Part shown: piece after piece, positions 36,165-49,633 of the stretch | How the letters are laid out: each line of letters opens with the position of its first letter | Numbering within the stretch: position 1 is the first letter of the stretch | Origin: Mobula hypostoma | Taxonomy: Eukaryota | NCBI RefSeq assembly: GCF_963921235.1 | Contig: NC_086097.1 | Coordinates: forward strand, 11,408,001 to 11,472,000 | DNA length: 64,000 bases | Direction of reading: 5' to 3' | The notes under the pieces: model-generated | The model's input: only the letters and a program-made list of their open reading frames with translations | What the model was told of the DNA's origin: nothing | The model's database searches: none | Program-made: the position numbers and the translations under genes

Positions 36165-36850
36165 CAGGGATCCGCAATTGTTTTTGCACTGCAGACCAGT
36201 TTAATATTGACAATATTCTTGCGGACCGGCCAACTGGGGGCTGGGGTGTTAATCACAACCGGAATATAGGTGATAAGTCAATCGCATCATAATATTTTAA
36301 GTAACGTTTGGATATTAAACACAGCGCATATTTTCCTCCTATGAACATATAAAATCATTGCAACACACCAATATCGCTGAATCAGTGGGAGCCCTGGGCT
36401 TGTTTCCCTGCAACAACACAGTCCCATCGAGGGGTGATGGGAGACAGCGATACTCGAAAGGGGTTCCTTATGTCCAGTCTATTCCGCAATTTAGTTTTCG
36501 TTGCATTCATTGCAGAAAACTACGTTTCACAGAGATAAGTTGGAATGGAAGCAATGTTTTCAGTGCTTTCGTGGCTATCTCAGGATATTCAGCCTTGACT
36601 TTGATCCAGAATGCCGGCAGAGATGTTATGTCAAACATGCTTTTCAGCCCACCGTCATTTGCAAGCTCAGAGAGTTGATCTTTTTCCCGCGCTGACATGG
36701 ATGATTCACCGGGGACATTCACAAGTGGGTCACGGACCCATTCCTTTGCACGTCTTGGGTGACTGATGACCTCGCGTGCGTTCACATTCAACAGTGCGTG
36801 ACAGGGAATGAGGAAAGGTGCAGCTGACTCATATCGTTTCCTTGTGGCCA
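36165..36850 (-). mobile_element. hAT (Charlie/Buster-type) transposon fragment nested in another non-autonomous element (~35700-37001)
   Basis: CAGGG terminus; EWVRDP...LPAFWIKVKAEYPEIATKALKTLLPF is a hAT C-terminal dimerisation region. Confidence 0.8.
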
Positions 36851-37254
36851 CGCTTAGCACGAAGAGAGACCAATCAGGCTGCTCGCTCTCCCGCTCAAAA
36901 AAAATCTATTTCTAGGATATTGTATATAATTTCCGGGCATCAGGGAGCCACTATCGATTTGCGGGAGACTCCCGGAACTTCCGGGAGAGGTGGGATGTCT
37001 GCTACCCCTCCCTGGACACCCCAAATACACCACTCTCTGATTAAGCTTGTAACATACTCCACTATCTCCTTAATTAACTTGGTATTTGTTTTTTCAGTAA
37101 TAATACCTTGAAACTTTTAAGCTAATCCTAAGGAGCCATGCAAATGTTTTTCTGATTTAAAAAGATCATAAACCTTCATCAATAACACGCTCTTGTCTCT
37201 CCACAGATGCTGATAGATCTGCTCCTTGGTATGCTACAGATGTATCAATTGATG

Positions 37255-37650
37255 GGCAGCTGCGTCAGACAGCGCCCCTTTCCTCCGAGCGGCCGTGAGT
37301 GGGATTGCATCGGACCAATGCAAAGCGCCTGCACATAGCCAGAGCTAACCAATGAGAAGTGCGGATGGTGGCGGGTCAGGGTCAGAGTTTGTGCGCCAAG
37401 TTTGGACGGAAAGAAAGTAGGCGCCGAACGAATAGCGGGCGGCTGTCATTCGGACGGGTAGACAGACGGCTGAGTGTCTCGTAACGTACGGTCAGCTTCC
37501 CCCGCCGGAGAGACGGCCGTGAGGATTACCTCCCAAGCTTGGTACAGAGAACTGTGGATATGCCGGGAGGAATGGGATGGGTGTGGACCGAAGCGGGGTA
37601 TGAGCAGAGTGGAGAATATCGGCGGGGGCATTAGTTTTTAGAGTTAATGA
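37255..37650 (+). promoter_or_regulatory. CpG-rich promoter and probable non-coding first exon of VRK1 (possibly bidirectional)
   Basis: The only clearly CpG-dense non-repeat stretch seen; CCAAT boxes at 37315 and 37349 (34 bp apart), TGGCGGG at 37369 and an E2F-like GCGCCAA at ~37393. Confidence 0.75.
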
Positions 37651-38129
37651 TACTGGGGTATGTGGGAGTATTTTAGGCTTGGCGGGTGTATTGCGATCTT
37701 TGGAGCAGACGTTTTCGGTAAATGGTGGATATCCGGGCAGGATGGACTTTCAGGGGAAAGGGCATTTCTGTTTGGTGGGGTGGATATATCGGGGGGCAGT
37801 GATTGTATCGGGAGGGGCTTGGGAGTGGGCCTGTAGGGGTGAAATGTATAGAAAAGGTATTAGGGTGGACATGTTGGGGGTCTTGGGGTGGGAAGGGTGG
37901 GGACCTATTTGAGAGTGGGATATAAGGAAGGCTAATAAAAGTAAGGCTTGCATGGTTGTAAGGGGTGAGGTGGCACTTGAGTGAACAGAGGTAGTTAGGT
38001 GTTTGAGCAGGTTATTATATAGTATTTAACCCCATTCCCTTGCTGTCTATCCCCCTGGCCGTGCGTACTCTGCCTTTGTGCAGCAGTAACAGGTGCAATG
38101 CCCAATATGATTTGTGTCACACTGTTTTC

Positions 38130-38560
38130 TCTTCAGAAACCTTTTATGGTCTCCCTGTTTGGGAGACTAGAGTTAGACCTGCTGTAATTTGCCTACTGCC
38201 ACTGTCTTCCTTTGATCATGGTCATCCATGGATGCTGCATCCTAGCTGTGTATGCAAACCATGACAGTACGATATGGAGAACAAGCTATTCCCCGTGTAG
38301 CTGGTGCCCCCTCTCCACGCAGCTGATGAATCCAGAGGTGCAGCAGAGGCCGGTACAGTTTAGCACCAGTGGCGTCGCAGGAGTTGCCAGTAAGCATTGA
38401 GCTCATGATGAGCTGCTATCCCCAGCACTGATGAGCTCCATCTGCCTGAGTGACTGGTTTTGAGGCACCTGTAAACCAGCCTTTGCCTCTTCTCCTGTCA
38501 GTACAAATGGTTTCACTGTGCTTAGTAGCTAATCCACACCTGAAGGCCAGGAGCTGGACT
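38130..38560 (+). mobile_element. RTE-related SINE/5' fragment
   Basis: cccctctccacgcagctgatgaatcc...gcaccagtggcgtcgcaggagttgccag resembles a recalled RTE 5' region. Confidence 0.45.
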
Positions 38561-38639
38561 TGGTTGGCAGTGTATTTGGAATACACAATATTGGGAGCAT
38601 TTAATAGGTAGTGGGAGCTTATCCCCACTATAATGCCGG

Positions 38640-39260
38640 CTGTAGAATTGTTATGGATGTGATGGGAGGTGACGACCTCAATACAATAGCTATCACTGAA
38701 GAGGTAGTGCTGAGCAAACTTGTAGGTCTGAAGATCGATAAGTCCCCTGGTCCTGATGGAATGCATCCCAAAGCACTGAAAGAAATGGCAAATGTTATAG
38801 TAGAGGCTTTGGTGATAACTTAACAAAATTCTATGGACTCTGGGCAGGTCCTGGCAGATTGGAAGACGACGAATGTCACGCCACTGTTCAAAAAAGGATG
38901 TAGGCAAAAGGCAGCTAACTAGGCCAGTTTGACATCAGTAGTCGGGAAAATGCTTGAAGCTATCACTAAAGAAGAAATAGCGAGGCATCTGGAAAGAAAT
39001 GGATCAATCAGGCAGACACAGAAGAATATAATGTGTGCAGTGAATAGAGAGGAACAGATGGACGTTATTTACTTGGATTTCCAGAAGGCGTTCAATAAGG
39101 TGCCACATAAACTTTTGCATAGTAGGGGAATTAAGGGTTATGGAGGGAAAGGTAGGTCAGTGGAAATGAGTCCATGGTCAGATCAGCCGTGATCTTATTG
39201 AATGGCGGAGCAGGCTCGACCGGCCAGATGGCCGACTCCTGATCCTATTTTAATGTTCTC
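38640..39260 (+). mobile_element. Deleted CR1 LINE (other + fragments ~1-180, ~5250-5870, ~12505-12880, ~31960-32760, ~40370-40620)
   Basis: KIDKSPGPDGMHPKALKE; DVIYLDFQKAFNKVPH. Confidence 0.85.
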
Positions 39261-42200
39261 GTGTTCAACTTAAGGAACCTCGGTAGGTCTACAGCAGACA
39301 CAATCCCATTGGCTCTTCACTTAGCTTTGGGACACCCAAGCAACAGTGTAACATGTCACACTGCTCCTTATCGATTACAGCTGGGCACTCTCATCCTGTT
39401 AGTACTAATCGGCAAGCTTCAAAACGTGGGCCCTGGTACCTCTCTGGATCCTCGACTTCCTCATCAGGAGAGCACAATCTTTGTGGATCAGTAATAACGT
39501 CTCACTGACTGATGTTATTGAGCATCACATAGGTACACCTGAAAGATGCATGCTTAGCCCACTCTTCTACTATCTCTACACCCATAGGTGTAGGCAGCTT
39601 AATCGGCATCCATAAGTTTGCTGCTGATAAATGTGAAGTCTTAAATGGCAATGAGTTGTACAGGAGTGAAATAGTTCGGCTGATTGAGTGGTATCGCAAC
39701 GAGAACCTCGCACTCAACATCAGCAAGACTAAGAAATTGATTTCAGACTTCAGGATAGAAGTTGGAATAACGCACACCAGTCCTCATTAAAGAGAGTCAG
39801 TTGTAGGAAGGATGAGCAGCTTCAAGTTTCTAAATATCAGCCTCTCATAGGATCTATTCTGCACCCAATACACTGATGCAGTCAGAAAGGAGGCATGCCA
39901 GTGGTTCTACTTCATTAGGGGTTTGAGGAGATTTTATTTATTGAAAAACAGCACAGAATAGGCCCTTTGAGCCATGCTGCCCAGCTAACCACCGATTTAA
40001 CCCTAGCCTAATCATGGGACAATTTGCAATGAGCAATTAATCTACCACCCAGCCCATCTTTGGAATGTGGAAGAAAACTGGAGCACCCAGAGAAAACCTC
40101 CATGGTCACGGAGAGAAATTACAAACTGCGCTGGGAACTGAAGTGGGTTCATTAGTACTGTAAACCATTGTGCTAACCACCATGCTACCATGCTGCCCTC
40201 TTTGGTGAAATTTGGATTCTGACAAATTTCTACAGATTATGGAGAGTATTCTGACCGGTTGCATCACAGCCCAGTGCGGTGCAGTGCACCGGCTGACACG
40301 AGATTGCAGGAGGTTGTCGACTCAACCAGTTCCCTCATAGACACAAAACTCCTTGCCTCCGTGCTATCAAAGGGGACATGGCTTTAAGCTAAGGGGTGAG
40401 AAGTTCAAAGGGGATGATAGAGGAAGGTCTTTTACTCAGAGAGGGGTTGGTGCGTAGAATGCACTGACTGAGTCAGTGGTGGAGGCAAATACCCTAGTGA
40501 AGTTTAGACAGGTATATGGAGGAATTTAAGGTGGGGGGGGTTGTATGGGAGGCAGGGTTTTAGGGTCGGCACAACATTGTGGGCCGAAGGGCCTGTAATG
40601 TGCTGTCCTATTCTATGTTTAAGGGGAACAGGAAGCAGTGCCTCAAGAAGGAGTCATCCATCATTAAAGACCCTCAGCATCTGGGGCATAACTTCTTCAC
40701 GTTACTGCCATCTGGGAGATGTACAATAGCCTGAAGACCCAAACTCAACATTTTAACAACAATTTTCTCCTTGCCATCACTTTTTTTTGTATCTTACAGT
40801 AATTGTCATACTTGCAATGTACTACTGCCTCAAAACAACACATTTCATAACAATGAAGAAATTCACTCAAAATTTCCGGCATCCGCAGGATCTCTTACAT
40901 GTAACAAATTTACCACAAATGTCAGAGATAATAAATCTAACTCTGATTCTGAAGATATTGCATATGTTGTAGATCTGAAATAAAAGCAGAAATGGTTGGA
41001 AGTTCTGAATAGGTTATGTAGCATATGTGGAACGATAAATAGGATAAATGACAGCATTTAAAGGACATTTGGCTAGGTACTTGAATAGAAAATTAAGAAA
41101 AGAGTAAAGGGAAATGGGATTAGCATAGATGGGCATCGTCGTTAGAATGGATGAGAAGTGCTGATATACTGCTAACGTACCAGTTAATATAATTTAGTGG
41201 CAATAATGGTGTGTACTATGATTTGTTCTAATTGATGTTTCATTTTAACAAGATCTCCACCTTGGAGTAACGTACGGTCACTTCCAGTTCGTTTCCTGGA
41301 TTCCTGGATGATTGTTTAAAAGACCATAAGATGTAGAAGCAGAATTAGGCCATTTGGCTCATCGAGTCTGCTCCACCATTTCATCATGGCTGATTCATTT
41401 CACACTCAGCCCCAATCTCCTGCCTTCTCCCCAAATCCCTTCATGTCTTGACTAATCAACAATCCATCAACATCTGCCTTAAATATACCCAGTGACTTGG
41501 TCAGTGCAGCTGCTTGTGACAATGAATTCCACAGATTCACCACTCTGGTGAAAGAAATTCCTCCTCATCATCCTAAATGGATGTCTTCTATTCTGAGACT
41601 GCACCTCGGATCCTAGACTCCCCCACCTCTCCATATCGGCTTTATCGAAGCCTTTCAACATTCATTAAATTTCAATAAGATCCCCGCTCATTTTTCTGAA
41701 TTCCATGAAGTACAGGCCCAGAGCCATCAATCGGACCTCATATGGTAACCCTTTCATTCCCGGAGTCATTTGTGTGAACCTCCTCTGAGCCCTCTTCAAT
41801 GTCAGCACGTCCTTTCTTTGATAAAGTGCCCAAAACTGCTCAAGTACTCCGTGAGGCCCTACCATTGCCTTATAAAGCCTGAACATTATATCGTTTTCAT
41901 ATTCTGGTCCTCTCAAAATAAATGCTAACATCACATTCGCCTTCCTCACCACCAACTCAACCTGCAAATTCACCTTTAGGGAATCCTGCATGAGGACCCG
42001 TCAATAGCATCTGTTAACTACACTATGCCACGGTAGCTTAGTATTTAGCATGACGCTATTACAGCTTGAGGTGTCGGAGGTCAGAGTTCAATTCCAGAAT
42101 GCTCTAAGGAGTCTCTGTACGTCCTCCCTGTGGAATGCATGGGTTTTCCCCTGGTGCTCTGGTTTCCTCCCAATAGTCCAAAGACATACCATAATTGATC

Positions 42201-43003
42201 ATTGTAAATTGAGCTGTGATTAAGTGAGGGTTAAATCAGGGTTTGTCGGGTACTGGGTGGTAAAGCTCGAAGGGCTGGAAGGGCCTATTCCACACTCTAT
42301 CTCAACAAATAAATCAATAAAATGCTGTTGTAACTTTCTGCCTGCTAATTTGGTGAGCAATTAGTGATTTGAAGATAAAAGTGTGTCACATAAAGACTCC
42401 CATGTCATCACTGTTGTGATGTCATTTCAGGTGCAGTGCATAAGTTGTGTGAAATTTGCACCAGCTTTGTTGAACTGTACAAAAACTCTAATGCAATTTT
42501 TAGACTTGCGATTACCTGAGGAACTAATGTCACTGGATCATTTTGGTCAATGATGTGCCTTCTTAGTATGGGTTACATTAAGTATTACAAGACTGCCAAA
42601 ACAATTGTATTTATGTAACTTCACAAACTATGACAATGAAGTTGTGATCTAGTTGCTCAGATTTTGATTTTACACTTTTGTAAAATCTGTGTTGCACCTT
42701 GTATTTTTTGTAAATGCCATTGTTAAAGTTTCAAGATAATACTCCAAGTTAGTAAAGGACAGGTGTTGTTGATCACCACTGTCAGGAGGTGAGCTTATAG
42801 GAAATAAGTTTAGAGAGAAATAAGAAAAAGTGTGATTTCATTGAATTGCAGAGCAAGTTTGAAGGGTGAATGGCTTGCTGCTCCTAATTTACATGTTCAT
42901 AAAATTTGGCTGATATTTTTCTGATGCCATCGACTTATTATAACATTGTCCAAGAATTGTTTTTTAAATGCTCCTGTTATCAACAAGAAAAATTATTGTG
43001 TTA

Positions 43004-43480
43004 CAGTACTGGGTAAAAGTCTCAGGCACATTTCTCAGGTGCCTGAGATATTTGCACAGTACTGTAATAATTTTATCTATAGCACTGTGCTGCCGCCACA
43101 GAAAACAAATTTGATTTATGTGAGTGATAAACCTGATTCTGATATGGATCTCTCTTGTGGACTCAATGGAAGGGAGGCGGGGAGAGGGAAATCATGGTTG
43201 GGAGGGAGAGGGGAGGGTAGTGGGAAGCACCAGAGAGACATTCTGTAATGATCAATAAACCAATTATTTAGAATCAAATGACCTTGCATGGTGCCTTAGG
43301 GCTGGGTGTGTCTTCACCTGTGCTACCACTTGCCCTTGGCACTCCTTCTCCGCCACCTGTCCCACACCCCTCCACCCTCACCATTCCCCACATCCTTTGC
43401 TCCCACCACACTCAGTCTCCACTCCATGTTGATGAATACAGTGCTGTACAAAAGTCCTAGGCACCCTGGTTATCTATCTA
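43004..43480 (+). mobile_element. Tc1-like MITE, same family
   Basis: cagtactgggtaaaagtctcaggcac...tttgcacagtactg head and the shared body. Confidence 0.75.
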
Positions 43481-45893
43481 TATATAATAATATATAGTTT
43501 TTTCCCCCAGAACTCTGCAATGGGATATTTTACACTCCGAAGGGAGCAAATGGAAATTGAACTTGACATGGATTAAGGGAGGAAGATGAAATTTTTAAGG
43601 GGAACATGAGGAGCTTCTTCACTCAAAGGGTGGTGAGAGTGGAAGAAGCTGTCAGCAGAAGTGATGGATGTTGGTTCGACATCAACATTTAAGAGAGATT
43701 TTGATAGGTACTTGGATGGAAGTGGTATGGAGGGCTATGGTCTGGGTGCAGGTCGATGGGAGTAGGCAGAGTAGCTCGTTAAGCTGGAAAAGCCTGTTCC
43801 ATGCTGTGTCTCAAAATAAAATTTAGAAAAAATAGGAAGGTAGATGTGTGTATTTAGTATCTAGTAAATAATGTAATGACACTCAGGATGAAACGTAAAT
43901 GAAGCAAGTGTCCTGCTGTCTGAGTTAATTGGCCGGGATACCAAAGTCACTCTTCCTGTTCTCTTGCATCCATGCAATGATATGATCACCTCATTTTACA
44001 GCATTAAAGTAGGTGCCTTCGACATTACTACACTCCCTAGAGATCCTGGATTATTTAAGCTTCTGGACAGAGGTAGCTTCTTCTAATTTGGAAGGAAGAA
44101 TTCTTGAAATGAAGAAAACAGTTTCTAAAATGTTATATTTTGAAGAAGCTGATGTTAAAAGGTTCAAAAGGTCACTATGGTTGACTGACTGGAGGGATGA
44201 GTTGGGCAAAAAGCTGAATGAATTAATTTGGACAGTTTATAACATTTTAAAGGAATTAAGTATCGAACTAGATTGGATGCAGAATTTGAAGAGAGAAAAG
44301 CATACAAGGTGTTTAATATACTTTCGGAAAGAGCAGCACTGGGAGATTTATGTTGTTGAGGAATTGGGGCTAAAATGAACATAATTTGAAGTACCTTAAA
44401 CAAGATGGCAGTAAACAACACGGAGATGTTAGCCAAGTTTATATTAATAAAGTGATGTGTGTAGAATACTTGTGGCTGCGGACTGTGCAGCTGAAACAAA
44501 CACCAAGATAAAGGGCACACTTTAAAGATAAATGTTACATTTAAGGAAAGGGAGATTGCTGAAGCTCAGGCCTTTAAACTCTAATCCTGTGGTTATACAG
44601 GAAGTGGCTTTGATAACTGCAGTTGCTGTAGATAATTTTTAATTCACTAAACTTGGTCTGACCATGTTCCAGAGAATCAGAAAGAAAAATTTTAATTTCT
44701 TTAGGATATCATTTCAGTGCAGTCACCATCAGCATCAACATCATTATCATCATCATTGTGTGCTGTGTCATATGACGTGGGTCATCATGGTCTCCCAACT
44801 TTAATCTGATTCTTTTAACTTTCCATGACCATGATGGTTCTGGGCATTTTTTACAGAAGTAGCTTGCCATTGCCTTCTTCTGTGCAGTGTCTTTACAAGA
44901 TGTGTGACCCCAGCCGTTATCATTACTCTTAAGAGATTGTCTGCCTGGTGTCAGTGGTCGCATAACCAGGACTTGTGATATGCACCAGATGGTCATAGGA
45001 CCATCCACCACCTGCTCCTGTGGCTTCACGTGACCCTGATCAGTGGTCTAAGCAGGTGCTACACCTTGCCCAAGGGTGATCTGCAGGCTAGGAGGGAAGA
45101 AGAGCCTTACTTCTCCTTTGGTAGAGGCGTATCTCCACTCTGCCACCCTCCAGTGCAGTGCCATTTAGAAAAGTACAGGAGCATTTAATTGGAATAATGG
45201 AAACTTTTGTCGCACAGTATTTTGGTATCTGTGGAAGGAGACTAATTAAATGTTCCATGTTTTGATTGAAATGTTATCTCTTTCCACAGATGATACATGA
45301 GCTTCAAAGTATCTGCATTTCCTGTTTCATTTTGAATTTCCTGTATCTGCAGTTACTTTGAATTTCTATCACCATTGATTACTTAGTCAATTCTTATCTT
45401 GCTCTTAGTATTTTTAGACCTTAAGATATAGAAGCAGAAATAGGCCGTTCAGCTCTTCAGGTCTGCTCTGCCATTCCATCGTGGCTGATTTATTATCCTT
45501 CTCAATCCCATTCTTCTGCCTTCTCCCCATAACCTTTGATGCTCTGGCTAATCAAGAACCAATCGGCCTCTGCTTTAAATATACCCAATGATTTGGCCTC
45601 CACATCTGTCTTTGGCTAGGAATTCCACAGATTCACCACCGTCTGACTAAAATTCCTCCTCGTCTGTTCTAAGTGGGTGTCCTTTTATTCTGAGTCTAAG
45701 ATCTTAGTATGTGTTAACCTTTTAGTAGGCAATATACCTTAATGATAAACTTCTGGTTACAAAACTCTGGAATGATCAAAAACTGTTGAAGATGCTATGT
45801 AAATGCAAGTTCTTTGCTTTGTATTTCATTGATGATAGATTTCCTATTACAATGCCGTAAAATATGTTTCTTTTTCTTTGATTCCTGCTTCAG

Positions 45894-45921
45894 GAAGAAG
45901 TGTAAATTGACACCGCTCAAG
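45894..45921 (+). other. Candidate 28-nt 5'UTR micro-exon of VRK1
   Basis: Long pyrimidine tract tttctttttctttgattcctgcttcag| followed 28 nt later by AAG|gtaggg. Confidence 0.4.
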
Positions 45922-46232
45922 GTAGGGAAAATTGCATAGTATTACATCTGAGAGTCTAATGTGGTACCTGTTGACAATGTGACTAACTTAAGGAGGTGCT
46001 CTAAATTGCATCTTGGCCCAGGAATAATATATAATCACAGGAATGTGCAGAAAATCTACATTTGTAGTACATTAATGGTATCACTAAAAGGCATACTTTT
46101 GACAATTTTTCAATGGTAATTCTCAGCATCTCCAATTATTCTGTGGATGAGAATATATTGATGTTATTTTTCTGCATTGTAGTTGTTTGAGAGCAGATGC
46201 CCATTTCAGTTGATGCATTTCCAAACTTTCAG

Positions 46233-46392
46233 ATGCCTCCCAAAAGTGTTGTAAAGGCCCGGGCAAGGGCTCCACCCAAACGAAAAATGGCAGAGGAACT
46301 CAAACCAGGAGAAGTGATGACTGACACTGGAAAAAAGCAATGGAAAATTGGGAAGCCGATTGGGAAAGGTGGATTTGGGCTCTTGTACCTGG
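46233..46392 (+). CDS. VRK1: Vaccinia-related kinase 1, first coding exon (160 coding nt, ends phase 1)
   Basis: Translates MPPKSVVKARARAPPKRKMAEELKPGEVMTDTGKKQWKIGKPIGKGGFGLLYL, with the kinase Gly-rich loop GxGGFG; donor G|GTAAGT at 46393. Splices in frame to 51841 and 63391. Confidence 0.95.
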
Positions 46393-46444
46393 GTAAGTAC
46401 ACAGACCATGGTGCGTATGTAATGATCCAAAGTAAAGAGTACTA

Positions 46445-47870
46445 TTGGGATGACAGATGGACTATGTTCCCTGGTTTCTTTCGGGAAGCAAGAGAAAATA
46501 TTGTGTCTTTGGCGATGTTTTTTTTTGCTTCCTCACTGGCTACAGTAGGACTAGAAGATTAGAGGGTGGCAAATGTTATTCCTTTGTTCAAGGAAGGTAA
46601 TATGGATAATCTTGGGAATTTTAGACCAGTGAGTCTTACATTAGTGGTCGGCAAACTACTAGAAAGATTTCTTAGAAACAGGAATTATGAACATTTGGAG
46701 AAATGTAGTCTGATTAGGGATAGTCAGCATGGCTTTGTGAGGGGCAGGCCGTGACTCATGAGCTTGATTCAATTCTTCCAGGAAGTGATTCAAATCAAAT
46801 TAAAGGCAGAGCAATGATGTGTATATGGAATTTAGTAAGGTGTTCAAGGTTTCCCATGACTCCTAGAGAAAGTCAGGAGATATGGGTCCAGAGAAATTTA
46901 GTTGCATGGATTCAGAATTGGCTTGCCCACAGAAGACAGAGGGTGGTTGTAGATAGAGCATATTCTGTTTGGTGGTCATTGACCAGTGCTGTTCTGCACG
47001 GAATTGTTTTGAGATCCCTGCTCCTTGTGCTTTTTCTAAATGACTTGGATGAGAATGTGATGGGTGGATTAGTAAATCTGTGTATAACACAAAGGTTGGA
47101 GGTGTTGTGGATAGTGTAGAAGGTTATTCCATTGAAAAGCTAGGCTGAGGATTGGCAGATGGAATTTATCCAGAAAAGTGTGAAGGGATTCATTTTAGAT
47201 GGTTGAATTTGAGGAGGAAATGCAGGGTTAATGGCAGTATTCTTAGCAGTGTAGAGGAACAGAGAAATTTGTGGTGCACGTCCATGAGTCTCTAAGTTGC
47301 AGTGCAAGTTGATAGGGTAGTTAAGAAAGCGTATGGTGTATTGTCCTTCGTTAGTCAGGGGATTGAGTTCAAGATCTGCGAAGTAATGTCGCAACTCTGT
47401 GACCTCTGATTAGATCACACTTAGAGTTTGTGTTCAGTTCTGGTTGCCTCATTATAGAATGGATGTGGAAGCTGTAGTGAGGGTGCAGAGGAGATTTAAT
47501 AGGATGCTGCCTGTATTAGAGAGCATGTCTTATGAGGCTAGATTGAGCAAGCTAGGGCTTTTCTCTCCATAGCGAAGAAGGATGATAGTTGACTTGATGG
47601 AGGCGTATAAGATGTTAGGAGGCATACTGTAGATGGAGTGGACAACCAGCAACTTTTTCCCAGGCTGGAAGAGACTCATACAAGAGGGTAAAAATTTATG
47701 GTGATTGTGGATGAAAGTTTAGGGGGAGTGTTGGAGAGGCTGTTAGATAGGCACATGGATAAAAGAAAAATGGAGATCTATGTAGGAGGGAAGGGTTAGA
47801 TTAATCTTGCAGTGGTTTAAAAGGTTGGCCAAAGGACCTGTACTGTGTTGTACTATTCTACGTTCAATAT
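46445..47870 (+). mobile_element. Decayed CR1 LINE immediately after VRK1 coding exon 1
   Basis: ANVIPLFKEG...NFRPVSLTLVVGKLLE...QHGFVRGR; WIQNWLAHRRQRVVV. Confidence 0.9.
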
Positions 47871-49633
47871 TCTAAATCTCTAAACCTTGGAAGATTGGGG
47901 TGTCAATTTCATTTTAAGACATAGTACTGTAAGTACATATTGTGCATCAACAAACATTCTGAAGTTTTTAAACACAAACTTCGAATTTTACGAACTGCTT
48001 GTATCCTTGTAAATCATTGTAATTATACATCCATTATCTGAAATGTATCACACAGTTAAATGTAGTTGTTCAACCTTTTGAAATTATACAAGGGTCAGTT
48101 TAATTTGTATACTTGTGTTCTTGTTAATGTAAAATAAATAGGCAAGTGAAAGCAAAACTGGGGTATAAAATCAGTTTTATGTCCAACTGACAAAGGAACT
48201 AATTTAATTGTCACCTTTGTGGGTTGAATTTGATGCATTTTTAGACTAGTTTAAGGTGCCTTCCCGCTGTATTTGTCTGCATTTGGCCCATATCCCTCTG
48301 AATCCTCTCTATCTATGAACCTGTCCAAAAGTCTTTTAAGCAAAGTAGTTGTACCCACCCCTACCATTTCTGTTGGCAGCTCACTCCATATACCTACCAT
48401 CCTCTGAGCAGAAGACTGTGACTCCACCCCCCGGCATCCTCTCTCCAGGTCCTCTTTAAGAGCCTTTTCTCTTTTGACTTAAACCTAAACCCTCTGGTTT
48501 TAGACTCTCTCAGTCAAGGACTGACCTTCTATATCCAATATTATTTTATATATATGAACCTTTGTAAGATCACCCCTCAATCTCTTTCAATGTTCAAAGT
48601 AAATTTTTTATCAGAGAAAATATATGCTGGCATTCACAGTAAATACAAAGAAACACCATAGAGTCAATGAAAAACTGCACATAACAAGACAGACAAACAA
48701 CCAATGTGCCAAAGATGACAAACTATAAAAATACAAAAATAAAAAAATAAACAATAAATGTCAAACATAAGATGAAGAGTCTTTGACAATGAGTTCATAA
48801 GTTGTAGTAACAGTTTAGTGATAGGGTGAGAGAAGTTATCCCTACTGGTTCAAGAGCTTGATGGCTGATTTAATTGTTCCTGAACCTGGTGGTGTGTGTT
48901 CTGAAGCTCCTGTACCTCCTTCCTGATGGCAACATCCTTGTGAAACTTTGAGCCTACTTAATTAAGCATGTTTGGGGAGCTGGGTTGTAACCCAAGTATT
49001 GGTTAATAAATCTGGTGGTTTGTAAATATATGTACAAAATCAAGAGATATTATTAAAGCACGTTTTAATTGGGAGGTGCATTTGCTTGTAAGTATCGTTT
49101 TGCCACATTCATTGCTGACCCTAGGGATTGAAAAGCCTGTTGACATTTCATTTTGGCATGTACATAGTCACTTGGATGGGACACTGGAGAACTGCTGGAA
49201 CTATAGCTCAAGTATACATCTCTAGGAAAGGAAATAAATACAAGTGAAATGGTGCTTGTTGTCAGAACAATTCACCCAAAGGATTGTTCAATGTGTTGTC
49301 AAGATTCCCATCTGAATTTCTGATTTTTGGTTTGGTTTGTGAAACTTGAGAAAACATGTATACATCATTATATTTTGTTTTATGTTACTGCATTTCACTT
49401 GAGGAAAGATATCTTAATTTGGATCAAGTTCTCTTCCCTTGTGTATGCAATATTAGCTTAGGCTGAGTACCCGGGGAGTTTGCACACCAGCTCACTGATG
49501 TCTTCACAGACATCTTCAACATATCCAGCCCCTCCCTGTACCATCACTACTTTATCATTTCCTGTCAGTCATCTTACATACAGACACTCCTGTGCCTAGT
49601 ATCACTTCAAGGGCGTATGATCAATCTTTATAA

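Noticed and set aside
38300..38400. CTGATGA as another hammerhead core
   Set aside because: No matching GAAA, stem III or NUH arrangement found nearby.
44013..44520. Overlapping 121-aa and 118-aa ORFs
   Set aside because: No recognisable motif or splice context; more likely decayed LINE-like sequence.
46393..46562. Continuation of the 121-aa ORF after LLYL
   Set aside because: Read-through past a GTAAGT donor into intron and CR1 sequence.
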